Positions 1 through 9,556 of a stretch of DNA of 64,000 nt are shown here, in pieces (position 1 is the stretch's first letter; each line of letters starts with the position of its first letter). Source of the DNA: Burkholderiales bacterium. Lineage in GTDB: Bacteria > Pseudomonadota > Gammaproteobacteria > Burkholderiales > SG8-39. The position numbers were made by a program, and so were the translations under genes. The stretch covers positions 219,870 through 283,869 of the forward strand of contig CBDIHI010000007.1 of assembly GCA_965279075.1 (NCBI GenBank). The letters run 5' to 3'. The notes below the pieces were generated by a model. The model had not been told where the DNA came from, made no database searches, and was given only the letters and a program-made list of their open reading frames with translations.

Positions 1-9
1 GGGCGCCAA

Positions 10-2394
10 ATGACCGCCTTCCGCTACATCGGGAAAAAGCGGCGCACCAAGGAGGACCCGCGCTTCGTCACCGGTCGCGGGCGCTACGTCGCGGACATCG
101 CGCTGCCGGGCATGAAGCACGTGGCGCTCGTCACCAGCCCGCACGCCTCCGCGAAGATCAAGGCCATCCGCACGGACAAGGCGATGGCGCTTCCCGGCGT
201 GCACTACGTCCTCGCGGGCGAGGAACTCTGCGCCAACGTCGACCCGCTGTACGTCGGCGTCGACGCGCCGAAAGTCGCCCGCTACCCGCTCGCGCGGGGC
301 GTGGTGCGTTACGCGGGCGAATGGGTCGTCGCCGTCGTCGCCGACTCGAGGGCGCTGGCCGAGGATGCGGCCGAGCTGGTCGAGATCGACTACGAGCCGA
401 CCGCCTACGTGCTGGACGCGGAGCAGGCGATCCTGCCGGGCGCGGTCCTGGTTCACCCTGAACACGGCAGCAACATCCTCTACCGCCGCACGTTCACGTG
501 GGGCCCGGTGGCGGAAGACTTCGCGCGTTCGCAGCACCAGTTGTCGTTCAGTGTGCGCTGGGGCCGCAGCGCGACCGTGCCGATCGAGACCTTCGGCATC
601 GCGGCGCAGTGGGACCCGGGCACGCAACTGCTCGACGTCTGGGCCTCGATCCAGATGCCGAAATACCCGGACCAGCTCGCCCGCGCGCTGCGGTTGCCGG
701 GCAACGCGGTGCGGGTGCACTTCGACGTGGACGTCGGCGGCAGCTATGGCGTGAAGCGCGGCATCAAGCACACCGTGCTGGTGGGCTACCTCGCGAAGAA
801 GCTCGGGATGCCGGTGCGTTTCATCGAGGACCGGCTGGAGAACATGCGCGGCGGCGACATGCACGGGCCGGACCGCAAGTTCGACATGACCGTGGCTTTC
901 GACGCCGACGGCACGATACGTTCGCTCAAGATCCGCGCGATCGACGACGTGGGTGCCTACGCCGGCCGCTCGCCGCTGCAGCTGGGCAAGCCCGTGGGCG
1001 CCATCGTCGGGCCCTACACGATCACCAGCGTCGAGTACGAACCGATCTCGGTACTGACCAACAAGACCGCGCAGGAGGCCGTGCGCGGGTTCGGCCAGGC
1101 GCCGACCAACTACGCCATCGAGACCGCGATCGACCGCGTCGCGCGCCACCTCGGCATGGACCCGGTCGCGCTGCGCAGGAAGAATTTCATCACCAAGGAC
1201 CAGTTCCCGTACCTGATCCCGAGCGGCTCCACCTACGACAGCGGCGATTTCCACGCGGTGCTGGACAAGGCGCTTGCCGCGGCGGACTTCCCCGCGCTGA
1301 TGGCCGCGCGGGACGCGGCACGCAAGGCGGGGCGCCTCGCCGGCGTGGGCATCGCGACCTGCCTCGAGCCCTCGGGCGGCAACTCGGCGTTCGAGCCGCT
1401 GTTCAACCCGAAGAACGAGACCACCACGTGGATGGACTCGTGCCTCGTGCGGGTCGACATCTCGGGCGCGATCACCGGGGTCATGAATACCTCCACCTCG
1501 GGGCAGGGCCACGAGACGCTGGTGTCGACCGTCCTTGGCGAGGTCCTCGAGCGCGACCCCGCGACGATTCGCGTGGTGCACGCCGATTCGCTGAACGCGC
1601 TGCCCTCGAACAGCCCGGTCGGCAGCCGCATGGCGATCATGCTCGGCGGGGCGGCGGCGGGCGCGGCAAAGAAGGTCAAGGCCGCGCTGGTGGCGATCGC
1701 CGCGCACAACCTCGGCGTCGCCCCGGACGCGATCGAATACCGCGAGGGCGCCTGTACGGTGAAAGGTGAGGCGAAGAAGTCGCTGTCGTGGGACCAGCTC
1801 GTGGAGATCGCGCACCGCAAGTTCCACAAGCTGCCGCCGGGCCTCGAGCCCGGCCTGCAGGCCAAGTTCGTCTGGGAGGTGCCCACCGGGGGCGGGTTGC
1901 CGACCGCCGACGGGCGGATCCAGATGTACCCGTGCTACTCGTTCGAAGCCCACGTCGTGCTGGTGGAGCTCGACGCGGCCACGGCCCAGCCGAAGATCGC
2001 CAGGTACACGGTCGGCCACGACTGCGGCACGATGATCAACCCGGACATCGTGCATGGCATGACCTATGGCGGCGTCGCGCACGGTATCGGTGCGGCGCTC
2101 TACGAGAAGTTCGCGTTCAGCGACAACGGGCAACTCGCCAGCCAGACCTTCATGGATTACCTTATGCCCAGCGCGCTGGAAGTGCCGGCGGTCGACATCG
2201 TCGACCACTGCACCCCGTCGCCGCTGACCGAGTTCGGGCAGAAGGGCTCGGGCGAAGCCGGGTACCTCGGCGCGCCCGCCGCGATCGCTAACGCGGTCAA
2301 CGACGCCCTTGCGCCCCTCGGGGCATCGATCGACGAGCTGCCCATGACGCCGCTCGCGATATGGACACAACTACAAGGAGGCACTACCCGATGA
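10..2394 (+). CDS. Xanthine dehydrogenase/CoxL-family molybdopterin-binding large subunit (orphan copy 1)
   Basis: 794-aa ORF. The N-terminus MTAFRYIGKKRRTKEDPRFVTGRGRYVADI and overall layout are typical of aldehyde oxidase/XDH Mo subunits. The active-site-loop position reads AVRGFGQAP, not AYRGAGR or AYRCSFR. There is no adjacent FeS or FAD subunit gene. The stop overlaps the next start (ATGA). Confidence 0.85.
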   Translation: MTAFRYIGKKRRTKEDPRFVTGRGRYVADIALPGMKHVALVTSPHASAKIKAIRTDKAMALPGVHYVLAGEELCANVDPLYVGVDAPKVARYPLARGVVRYAGEWVVAVVADSRALAEDAAELVEIDYEPTAYVLDAEQAILPGAVLVHPEHGSNILYRRTFTWGPVAEDFARSQHQLSFSVRWGRSATVPIETFGIAAQWDPGTQLLDVWASIQMPKYPDQLARALRLPGNAVRVHFDVDVGGSYGVKRGIKHTVLVGYLAKKLGMPVRFIEDRLENMRGGDMHGPDRKFDMTVAFDADGTIRSLKIRAIDDVGAYAGRSPLQLGKPVGAIVGPYTITSVEYEPISVLTNKTAQEAVRGFGQAPTNYAIETAIDRVARHLGMDPVALRRKNFITKDQFPYLIPSGSTYDSGDFHAVLDKALAAADFPALMAARDAARKAGRLAGVGIATCLEPSGGNSAFEPLFNPKNETTTWMDSCLVRVDISGAITGVMNTSTSGQGHETLVSTVLGEVLERDPATIRVVHADSLNALPSNSPVGSRMAIMLGGAAAGAAKKVKAALVAIAAHNLGVAPDAIEYREGACTVKGEAKKSLSWDQLVEIAHRKFHKLPPGLEPGLQAKFVWEVPTGGGLPTADGRIQMYPCYSFEAHVVLVELDAATAQPKIARYTVGHDCGTMINPDIVHGMTYGGVAHGIGAALYEKFAFSDNGQLASQTFMDYLMPSALEVPAVDIVDHCTPSPLTEFGQKGSGEAGYLGAPAAIANAVNDALAPLGASIDELPMTPLAIWTQLQGGTTR

Positions 2395-3356
2395 GAACCC
2401 TGAAACAGATCGTTGCGCTCGTTGCGCTTTGCGCCGCCGCAGGCAGCGCCTTCGCGCAGGCCTGGCCCACCAAGCCGGTGCGAGTGATCGTCGCGCTCCC
2501 GCCCGGCAGCGGTACGGACATCACCGGTCGCGCCATCGCCGCCAGCCTCGCGCAGCAGACCGGGCAGCCGTTCGTGGTCGAGAACCGCCCGGGCGCGAGC
2601 GGCAGCATCGCGATGAACATGGTGGCGAAGGCCGACCCCGACGGCTACACGATCCTCGTCATGTCCTCGTCGTGGACCGTCACGCCGTCGACGGTGCCCG
2701 GCCTGCCCTACGACACGCTGAAGGACCTCTCCGGCATCACCATGCTCGCCGACATCGCCAACGCGCTCGCCGTGAGGGCGGACCGGGACATCAAGTCGGT
2801 GAAGGACCTGATCGTTGCGGCCAAGGCGAACCCAGGCAAGATGAACGCGGCCGTGATCGGCGCCGGCAGTGCCACGCACCTGACCACGGAGCGGTTCCGC
2901 CTGAGCGCGGGCATCGACGTCCTGTCGGTGCCTTACAAGGGCACGCCCGAGGCGCTGACCGACGTGCTGAGCGGCCGGGTCGACTATTGCTTCTGCCCGA
3001 TCGGCAACGTGATGCCCATGGTCAAGGATGGGCGGCTGCGCGCGCTGGCCGTCAGTTCCAAGCACCGTACCTCCACCCAGCCCGACCTGCCGACCACCGA
3101 GGAGGCCGGCGTGCCGAATTCCGCGCAGCCGTTCTGGGTCGGCATGGGCGTGCCCGCGAAGACGCCGCGCGACATCGTGGCGAAGCTGCACGCCGAAACC
3201 GCCAAGGCACTGAGCTCGCCGGAGGTCAAGGCGCGCTGGGCCAGCCTGAACCAGGACGTGCGGATCTTCACGCCCGAGGCGTTCGACGCACTGCTTCGCG
3301 AAGAGGTGGTTTCCAACGCCAGGCTCGTGAAGGAAGCCAACATCAAGGCGAACTGA
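2391..3356 (+). CDS. Bug-family (TctC-like) tripartite tricarboxylate transporter substrate-binding protein
   Basis: Signal peptide MRTLKQIVALVALCAAAGSAFAQ followed by AWPTKPVRVIVALPPGSGTDI, the Bug hallmark. Start placed at ATG 2391 behind AAGGAG (2375-2380). Confidence 0.9.
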   Translation: MRTLKQIVALVALCAAAGSAFAQAWPTKPVRVIVALPPGSGTDITGRAIAASLAQQTGQPFVVENRPGASGSIAMNMVAKADPDGYTILVMSSSWTVTPSTVPGLPYDTLKDLSGITMLADIANALAVRADRDIKSVKDLIVAAKANPGKMNAAVIGAGSATHLTTERFRLSAGIDVLSVPYKGTPEALTDVLSGRVDYCFCPIGNVMPMVKDGRLRALAVSSKHRTSTQPDLPTTEEAGVPNSAQPFWVGMGVPAKTPRDIVAKLHAETAKALSSPEVKARWASLNQDVRIFTPEAFDALLREEVVSNARLVKEANIKAN

Positions 3357-3392
3357 GGCCCGCGAGGACCGAGGCCGGGCCCTCCCACACCG

Positions 3393-4793
3393 ATGCAAGA
3401 GCATGCCTGTGACGTCGCAGTGGTGGGCCATGGCGCCGCGGGTCTCGCGGCGGCCCTGGCCGCGGCCGAGGCTGGCGCGCGCGTAGCGGTACTGGAGCGC
3501 GCGCCGCAGCCGGACTGCGGCGGCGGCACGCGCTGGAGCCCGTCGAACATGCGGCTCAAGTCCACGGCGGAACTCGCGCCGGGCTTCGTCGACGACATGA
3601 TGGCCGCCGGCGGCGGCCGGGGCGACCGCGCTTATTTTTCGAGGCTGGCCGACGAGGCCGCGCCGACCCTGCAGTGGGTCGAGCGACACGGTGTTGCTTT
3701 CCATTCCCCGGGGTACTACCTGAGTTCGGGGCCGCCCCGCATCCAGCCGGTCGGCGGCGGGGCCGCGATCGTCGATGCGTTGTCCCGCGCGGCGCAAGCG
3801 GCCGGCGCCACGTTCCACTACGGTTGCCGGGCCGAGCGCCTGTCCCGCGGGCGGGGTGGCGCGATCTCCGGCGTAGAGGTCCACATGACCGATGCGGGCG
3901 CGCGGAGGTTTTCGGCGGGCGCCGTGGTGCTCGCCAGTGGCGGCTTCCAGGGCAATCCGCAGATGCTGCGCGAGCACTTCGGCGCAGGCGGCGAGAGCCT
4001 CGTGCCGATCTCGAAAGGGTCGGCCGCCAACGCGGGCGAAGGCATCCGCATGGCGCTTGAGGCCGGCGCATCGCCCTCCGGCGACTGGAACGGCATGCAC
4101 AGCGAGCCGGTCGACCCGCGCAGCACGGGGCCGGCGCCGGTGGTGCTGGTCTATCCCTACGGCATCGTGGTCGACCGCGAGGGCCGCAGGCTGTTCGACG
4201 AGGGCCGCGGCCTCGTGCACGAGACCTGGGAGGCGTATTCGCGCGCCATCCATTTCTCCGCACCGGGCCGGCAGGCCTGGGCGATCCTCGACGCGCGCCT
4301 GCGCGACATCGCCGGCCACGAGCGGGCGATCCGCTCCGAGGTGCCGCCGGTCGAGGCGGGCACGCTCGCAGGACTCGCGGCACGCATCGGCGTATCGACG
4401 GAGGGCCTCGAAGCCACCGTCGCGGCCTACAACGCCGCTTGCACGGGCGATGCCGGCCGGTTCGACGCGACGCGCGCCGACGGCCTCGCCGCGGCGGGCG
4501 GCCTCGTGCCGCCGAAGTCGAACTGGGCGCGCTCGCTCACGAAGCCGCCCTACCTCGCGTATCCGCTGATCGGGGCGATCGCCTACACGTTTGGCGGCGT
4601 GGCCACGGACCCCGAAGCGCGCGTGCTCGGCCCCGCGGGACCGATCGCCGGCCTCTATGCGGCCGGCGAGATCACGGGGCATTTCCACGGCTCGGCGCCG
4701 AATGCGGTCGCCGTGCTGAGGGCGCTCGTTTATGGCCGCATCGCGGGTCGTGCGGCGGCGTCACTCGTATCGAACCGACCAGCCCCGGATTGA
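3393..4793 (+). CDS. FAD-dependent oxidoreductase, tricarballylate dehydrogenase (TcuA)-like
   Basis: 466 aa. Has the dinucleotide fold DVAVVGHGAAGLAAALAAAEAG. The C-terminal KSNWARSLTKPPYLAYPL...TFGGV...AAGE matches my recollection of Salmonella TcuA (KTHWARPIDTPPFYGYAL). Confidence 0.75.
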   Translation: MQEHACDVAVVGHGAAGLAAALAAAEAGARVAVLERAPQPDCGGGTRWSPSNMRLKSTAELAPGFVDDMMAAGGGRGDRAYFSRLADEAAPTLQWVERHGVAFHSPGYYLSSGPPRIQPVGGGAAIVDALSRAAQAAGATFHYGCRAERLSRGRGGAISGVEVHMTDAGARRFSAGAVVLASGGFQGNPQMLREHFGAGGESLVPISKGSAANAGEGIRMALEAGASPSGDWNGMHSEPVDPRSTGPAPVVLVYPYGIVVDREGRRLFDEGRGLVHETWEAYSRAIHFSAPGRQAWAILDARLRDIAGHERAIRSEVPPVEAGTLAGLAARIGVSTEGLEATVAAYNAACTGDAGRFDATRADGLAAAGGLVPPKSNWARSLTKPPYLAYPLIGAIAYTFGGVATDPEARVLGPAGPIAGLYAAGEITGHFHGSAPNAVAVLRALVYGRIAGRAAASLVSNRPAPD

Positions 4794-4827
4794 CTCGACC
4801 GAATTCTTTCGACAACAGGCAGGCTTC

Positions 4828-5826
4828 ATGATCATCGACATCCATGCGCATTACCTCCCGCGGCTCGTCTACGAGCGTTTCGACGCGGAGCATCATGCTT
4901 TCCCCGGCGTCACGCTCAAGCGCGAGGAGAAGAGCTTTCGCATGCAGTTCCCCGGCGGCGAACTGACGCGCCCGATCTCGCCCAACCTCTCCGACCTCGA
5001 CCACCGCCGCGCGTGGATGGACAAGAACGGAATCGACCACCAGCTGGTCGGCGGGTGGCTGGACAGCTTCGGCTACGAGCTGCCGGCGGCCGAAGGCCTC
5101 GCGTGGAGCCGCTTCATCAACACCTGCATGAAGGCGTCGCTCGCGGCGGAGACCCGCTTCACGCCGCTCGCCACCGTGCCCCTGCAGGACGGCAGGCTGG
5201 CCGCCGAAGTGCTCGGCGAGGCTATGCAGGCGGGGTTCGGCGGGATCATGATCGGCACGCTGCCCAAGGGGCAGGGCGGCAACCTCGATGCCCCGGACCT
5301 GGATCCGTTCTGGCAGGCTGCATCCGACCTGAAGGCCGGTGTGTTCCTGCACCCCATGTTCCTCTGCGGCGAGCCGCGCCTCGCGGACTACGACCTCGTC
5401 AACGCGATCGGCCGCGTGGCCGACACATCCATTGCGGTGGCGCGGCTGCTGCATTCGGGCCACCTCCTGAAGTATCCCGGCGTGAAGCTGGTGATCTCGC
5501 ACGGCGGTGCCGCGCTGCCCTACGTGCTCGGGCGCCTCGCGCGCAACTTCACGATCGCGCAGGGCAAGTACGCCGACCCGCGCAAGGGCTTCGAGGCGCT
5601 GTACTTCGACTCGGTCGTGTTCGACCAGGACGCCTACGAATTCCTCGCCGGGAAGGCAGGGCCGGGGAAGATAATGCTGGGGTCCGACATGCCTTTCCCG
5701 ATCGGCGACCTCGAGCCGCAGAAGCTCATCCACGCGGCGCACATGGATGAGTCCGAGCGGCAGGCCGTGCTGGAAGGCACCGCGAAGAAGGTCTTCCGCG
5801 TGCGTCCCGACTGCTGGTGCAAGTGA
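4828..5826 (+). CDS. Amidohydrolase-2 family protein (ACMSD/LigW-type metal-dependent decarboxylase/hydrolase)
   Basis: MIIDIHAHYLP N-terminal metal-binding motif. Size about 332 aa. Start moved to ATG 4828 inside ORF 4732-5826. Confidence 0.8.
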   Translation: MIIDIHAHYLPRLVYERFDAEHHAFPGVTLKREEKSFRMQFPGGELTRPISPNLSDLDHRRAWMDKNGIDHQLVGGWLDSFGYELPAAEGLAWSRFINTCMKASLAAETRFTPLATVPLQDGRLAAEVLGEAMQAGFGGIMIGTLPKGQGGNLDAPDLDPFWQAASDLKAGVFLHPMFLCGEPRLADYDLVNAIGRVADTSIAVARLLHSGHLLKYPGVKLVISHGGAALPYVLGRLARNFTIAQGKYADPRKGFEALYFDSVVFDQDAYEFLAGKAGPGKIMLGSDMPFPIGDLEPQKLIHAAHMDESERQAVLEGTAKKVFRVRPDCWCK

Positions 5827-5827
5827 C

Positions 5828-6280
5828 ATGGCGCTCGAACTGAAAGGCGAGCAGGCGCTCAAGGTCGGCCAGGCGCGGTTGTGGGCCCTGCTGAACGATC
5901 CCGACGTGCTGGCGAAGACCATCCCCGGCTGCAACACGGTGAGGGCGCTCGGCGAAGACCGCTACGAAATGGGCCTCAAGCTGCAGGTCGCCAACGTCTC
6001 GGGCGAGTACATGGGCAGCGTGGCGATCACCGAGAAGCAGGAACCTTCCCACTATGTGCTGGCAGTCGAGGGGCAGGGGTCCATCGGCTTCATGAAAGGC
6101 AGCGCCGCCTTCGACCTGGAGCCCAAGGGCGACAACGAGACGCTGCTGCATTACGCGGGCAGCGCGGAGGTCGGCGGCGTCGTGGCCGGGGTCGGACAGC
6201 GCGTGCTGTCGGGCGTGGCGAAGTACATGGTGGGGCGGTTCTTCAAGGCGCTGGAAAAGCACATCGCCGAGAATCCGTGA
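5828..6280 (+). CDS. CoxG-family SRPBCC protein (carbon monoxide dehydrogenase subunit G-like)
   Basis: 150 aa. MALELKGEQALKVGQARLWALLNDPDVLAKTIPGC... is typical of CoxG/SRPBCC. Starts 2 nt after the previous stop. Confidence 0.8.
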   Translation: MALELKGEQALKVGQARLWALLNDPDVLAKTIPGCNTVRALGEDRYEMGLKLQVANVSGEYMGSVAITEKQEPSHYVLAVEGQGSIGFMKGSAAFDLEPKGDNETLLHYAGSAEVGGVVAGVGQRVLSGVAKYMVGRFFKALEKHIAENP

Positions 6281-6287
6281 AGGGCGG

Positions 6288-6716
6288 TTGAAGAAGGCCC
6301 TGCCGCGCTACCTGCCCTGCCCCTGTGGCAGCGGGGAGGCTTATACGGAGTGCTGCCAGCGCTGGCATGACGGGTTGGAAGCCGGAAATCACGCCCCCAC
6401 CCCCGAAGCGCTGATGCGCTCCCGCTACAGCGCCTACGCCGTGGGCCTCATCGATTACCTGCTGCAGACCTGGCACCCGTCCACCGGGCCGGGCGAGCTG
6501 GAGTTGTCGCCCATCAAGTGGATCGGGCTGGAGGTGCTGAATGCCGAAACCGCGGGTGACGCGGGCGTGGTCGAGTTCGTCGCGCTGTGCCGCGTGAACG
6601 GGCGCGCGCAGCGGATACACGAGGTCAGCCGCTTCCTGCGCCAGGACGGGCGCTGGTACTACATCGACGGGCAGGACCAGTCGCTCCGGGAACCCGGGGA
6701 CGGGGAAAGGCCATGA
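6288..6716 (+). CDS. ychJ: YchJ family protein (SEC-C metal-binding motif, UPF0225)
   Basis: CPCGSG SEC-C motif, MRSRYSAY, TWHPS and SRFLRQDGRWYYIDG all align with my recollection of E. coli YchJ. TTG start. Only the N-terminal SEC-C motif is present. Confidence 0.8.
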   Translation: MKKALPRYLPCPCGSGEAYTECCQRWHDGLEAGNHAPTPEALMRSRYSAYAVGLIDYLLQTWHPSTGPGELELSPIKWIGLEVLNAETAGDAGVVEFVALCRVNGRAQRIHEVSRFLRQDGRWYYIDGQDQSLREPGDGERP

Positions 6717-9067
6717 CGCTGCGTTTCGTCGGCAAGTCGATGCCGCGCTCGGAGGACGACCGGCTGCTGCGCGGCCTGGGCCGCTACGTGCCCGACCAGC
6801 CGCGCGCGGGTGCCGCCCACATGGTGGTGATCCGCTCGCCGCACGCCTCGGCGCGCATCGTCTCGATCGACACGCGGCGCGCCGAGGCGATGCCCGGAGT
6901 GCGGCTGGTACTGACTGGCGAGGATCCGGAGGTGGCCGCGCTCGGCACTTTCAGTTCGCGCATCAGGCACAAGGCGCCGGACGGGCGGCCGAACTTCGAG
7001 CCGCCGTACCGAGTGCTGGCGCGCGGGCAGGTGCGGTTCGTTGGCGACGTCGTCGCGGCGGTTTGCGCCGACACGCTCGCACAGGCGCGCGACGCAGCCG
7101 AATCGGTCGACATCGACTGGGCGCCGCTGCCCGCCGTCGTTGCCACCGCGGCGGCCTGCGACGAGGGCGCCGCGCAGGTCTGGCCCGAGGCGCCGGGAAA
7201 CCGCTGCTTCGTGTTCGAGGCCGGCGACAAGGCCCGCGTCGAGTCGGCGCTGGCCGGCGCGAAGCACGTGGTGTCGGTGACCTACCCGGTCACGCGCGTG
7301 ATCGCCGCGTTCATGGAGACGCGATCCTCGATCGGGTCGTACGACGCGGGGCGCGACTCGTACGAGCTTCATGCGGGCGTGCAGAACCCGCATTACTTCC
7401 GCGAGGAGATCGCCGAGCGCATCCTGAAGATCCCCGGCAACCGGCTGCGGGTGGTCTCGCCCGACGTCGGCGGCGCGTTCGGCGCCAAGGAGTCTCCCCA
7501 GCCGGAGAACGTGCTGGTGCTGGTCGCGGCACGGCGGATCGGCCGGCCCGTGCAATGGGTGGGGGACCGCTCCGAGAGCTTCCTCGGAGACAACCATGCC
7601 CGCGACAACCACACCACCACGACGCTCGGCCTCGACGCGGAAGGCAATTTCCTCGCGTTGAAGGTGGAACTGGTCGGCAACATCGGTGCGTACATTTCCT
7701 ACAACGGCCTGCATTCGATGAGCAACAACCTCGGCGGGCTGTCCGGGGTCTACCGCACCCCGGCGATCTACGCGCACTCGACCGGGGTGTTCACGCATAC
7801 CGCGCCGACCGCGCCGTATCGCGGCGCCGGACGCCCGGAAGCCACCTACGCCATCGAGCGGGCGATCGACCTCGCCGCGCAGCGCTGCGGTTTCGACCGC
7901 GTCGAACTGCGCCGGCGCAACCTGATCCGCCCGGAGCAGATGCCCTTCAGCACCGGGTTCCTGTTCACCTACGACAGCGGGGAGTTCGGCAAGGGCATGG
8001 ACATCGCGCAGCGCCTGGGCGACTGGGCGGGATTCGCGCAGCGCCGCGCGGACTCCGCGGCCCGCGGCCTGCTGCGCGGCATCGGCCTCGTGAACGCGAT
8101 CGAGATCGCCGCCGGGCCTGCCGCCGGACCAAACCCGGAGAGCGCCGAGATCGCCTTCGACTCGAGCGGCGCGGTCACGCTGAAGCTCGGCTCGCATTCG
8201 CACGGGCAGGGCCACGAGATCACCTTCGCGCAGGTCGCCGCCGACCTCCTCGGCCTCGAGCCGCAGGACATCCGCGTGGAGTACGGCGACACCGCGATGG
8301 TTTCCCACGGTACGGGGACCTTCGGCAGCCGCTCCGCGGCGGCGGCGAGCCTGTCGCTCGGGCGCGCGTCCGAGCGCATCGTCGAGCGCGGCCGGCGCAT
8401 CGCCGCCGTGCACTTCGAGGCCGCGGTGGCCGACATAGTCTTCGAGGACGGCTGGTTCGGCGTGGCGGGCACCGATCGCAGGATAGGCATCCGCCAGGTG
8501 GCACGCCTCGCGCACACGCTGCGCCATCCGGACCTTGGCAACGAGTTCGGCCTCGCCGAGCGGGCCATGGTCGCCGCGGTGAAGGCGACCTTCCCGAACG
8601 GCTGCCACGTATGCGAGGTGGAGGTCGACCCGGCCACGGGCGAATGCAGTATCGAGCGCTATTGCGTCGCGGACGACTGCGGCCGGCAGATCAACCCGAT
8701 GCTGGTGAAGGGCCAGATCCAGGGCGGCGTGGCGCAGGGCGCCGGGCAGGTTCTCCTCGAATGCATCCGCTACGACGAATCCGGGCAGCTCGTCTCCGGA
8801 TCCTTCATGGACTACGCCATGCCGCGCGCGACCGACCTGCCGATGATAGAGACCGAGGCGAACGAGGTGCTGACGGACGCCAACCCGCTCGGCGTCAAGG
8901 GCGCGGGGGAGGCGGGCACGGTGGGCGCGATCGCTGCTGTCGTGAACGCCATCGTCGATGCGCTTGCACCGCTCGGCGTCGAGCACATCGACATGCCCGC
9001 CACGCCGGAAAACCTGTGGCGCGCCATTCGCGCCGCCCGTGCGGCCGCTTCAGGTCAGAGCGGGTAG
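6713..9067 (+). CDS. Xanthine dehydrogenase/CoxL-family molybdopterin-binding large subunit (orphan copy 2, form-II-like loop)
   Basis: MTLRFVGKSMPRSEDDRLLRGLGRYV N-terminus and [15 protein letters not shown] loop. ATG 6713 overlaps the ychJ stop (ATGA). No adjacent S/M subunit genes. Confidence 0.85.
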   Translation: MTLRFVGKSMPRSEDDRLLRGLGRYVPDQPRAGAAHMVVIRSPHASARIVSIDTRRAEAMPGVRLVLTGEDPEVAALGTFSSRIRHKAPDGRPNFEPPYRVLARGQVRFVGDVVAAVCADTLAQARDAAESVDIDWAPLPAVVATAAACDEGAAQVWPEAPGNRCFVFEAGDKARVESALAGAKHVVSVTYPVTRVIAAFMETRSSIGSYDAGRDSYELHAGVQNPHYFREEIAERILKIPGNRLRVVSPDVGGAFGAKESPQPENVLVLVAARRIGRPVQWVGDRSESFLGDNHARDNHTTTTLGLDAEGNFLALKVELVGNIGAYISYNGLHSMSNNLGGLSGVYRTPAIYAHSTGVFTHTAPTAPYRGAGRPEATYAIERAIDLAAQRCGFDRVELRRRNLIRPEQMPFSTGFLFTYDSGEFGKGMDIAQRLGDWAGFAQRRADSAARGLLRGIGLVNAIEIAAGPAAGPNPESAEIAFDSSGAVTLKLGSHSHGQGHEITFAQVAADLLGLEPQDIRVEYGDTAMVSHGTGTFGSRSAAAASLSLGRASERIVERGRRIAAVHFEAAVADIVFEDGWFGVAGTDRRIGIRQVARLAHTLRHPDLGNEFGLAERAMVAAVKATFPNGCHVCEVEVDPATGECSIERYCVADDCGRQINPMLVKGQIQGGVAQGAGQVLLECIRYDESGQLVSGSFMDYAMPRATDLPMIETEANEVLTDANPLGVKGAGEAGTVGAIAAVVNAIVDALAPLGVEHIDMPATPENLWRAIRAARAAASGQSG

Positions 9068-9555
9068 ACCAGCAGCACGTCGATGCAGCGCGAGTCGAGG
9101 ATCACGCGCCTTTCCCTGAACCTGGGCTGCCCCGCCTCGAACACGATCCGGTCGAGGTTTTTTCCGATGGCGAACAGCGTGGTCTCGCCGCTCTCCATGG
9201 TCCGGTAGACGCTGAAGTTGGAGCGCGCGCCCACCACGCCCGGCGCGACCTGGCTCAGCTGGGGCCGGCCGAGGATGTGGCAGTGGGTGTGCGGCTCGAA
9301 GACGTTGGCGGTCTTCAGCGCGAGCACGCGATCCTCCATCATGCCGCGACCGGTGCAGAGCATGACGCCGATCGGGTAGCCGGCTTCGTGGTTCTCCCGG
9401 GTCGTGATCTGGTAGGTCGCATCTTCGGTGAAGAATCCGGTCCAGTCGTCGATCCGGCCGTCGTCGAGCCGGTGCGCGTAGTCGGCGAGGAAGTTCTCTA
9501 CCCGGAATGCGGTATCGGCATCGACCTGCGCCGTTTCCTTCATCAGCGCCGCCAT
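9055..9555 (-). CDS. Aromatic-ring-hydroxylating dioxygenase beta (small) subunit
   Basis: 166 aa. NTF2/SnoaL-like small-subunit pattern (ENFLADYAHRLDDGRIDDWTGFFTEDATYQI). Lies immediately downstream of the alpha subunit with a 1-nt gap. Confidence 0.8.
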   Translation of the reverse strand: MAALMKETAQVDADTAFRVENFLADYAHRLDDGRIDDWTGFFTEDATYQITTRENHEAGYPIGVMLCTGRGMMEDRVLALKTANVFEPHTHCHILGRPQLSQVAPGVVGARSNFSVYRTMESGETTLFAIGKNLDRIVFEAGQPRFRERRVILDSRCIDVLLVYPL

Positions 9556-9556
9556 C

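Noticed and set aside
2157-4688. 843-aa ORF on the minus strand
   Set aside because: It is antisense to three well-supported plus-strand genes (CoxL end, Bug, TcuA-like). The translation is Arg/Ala/Gly/Pro-rich low complexity, typical of stop-free alternative frames in high-GC DNA. No recognisable motif.
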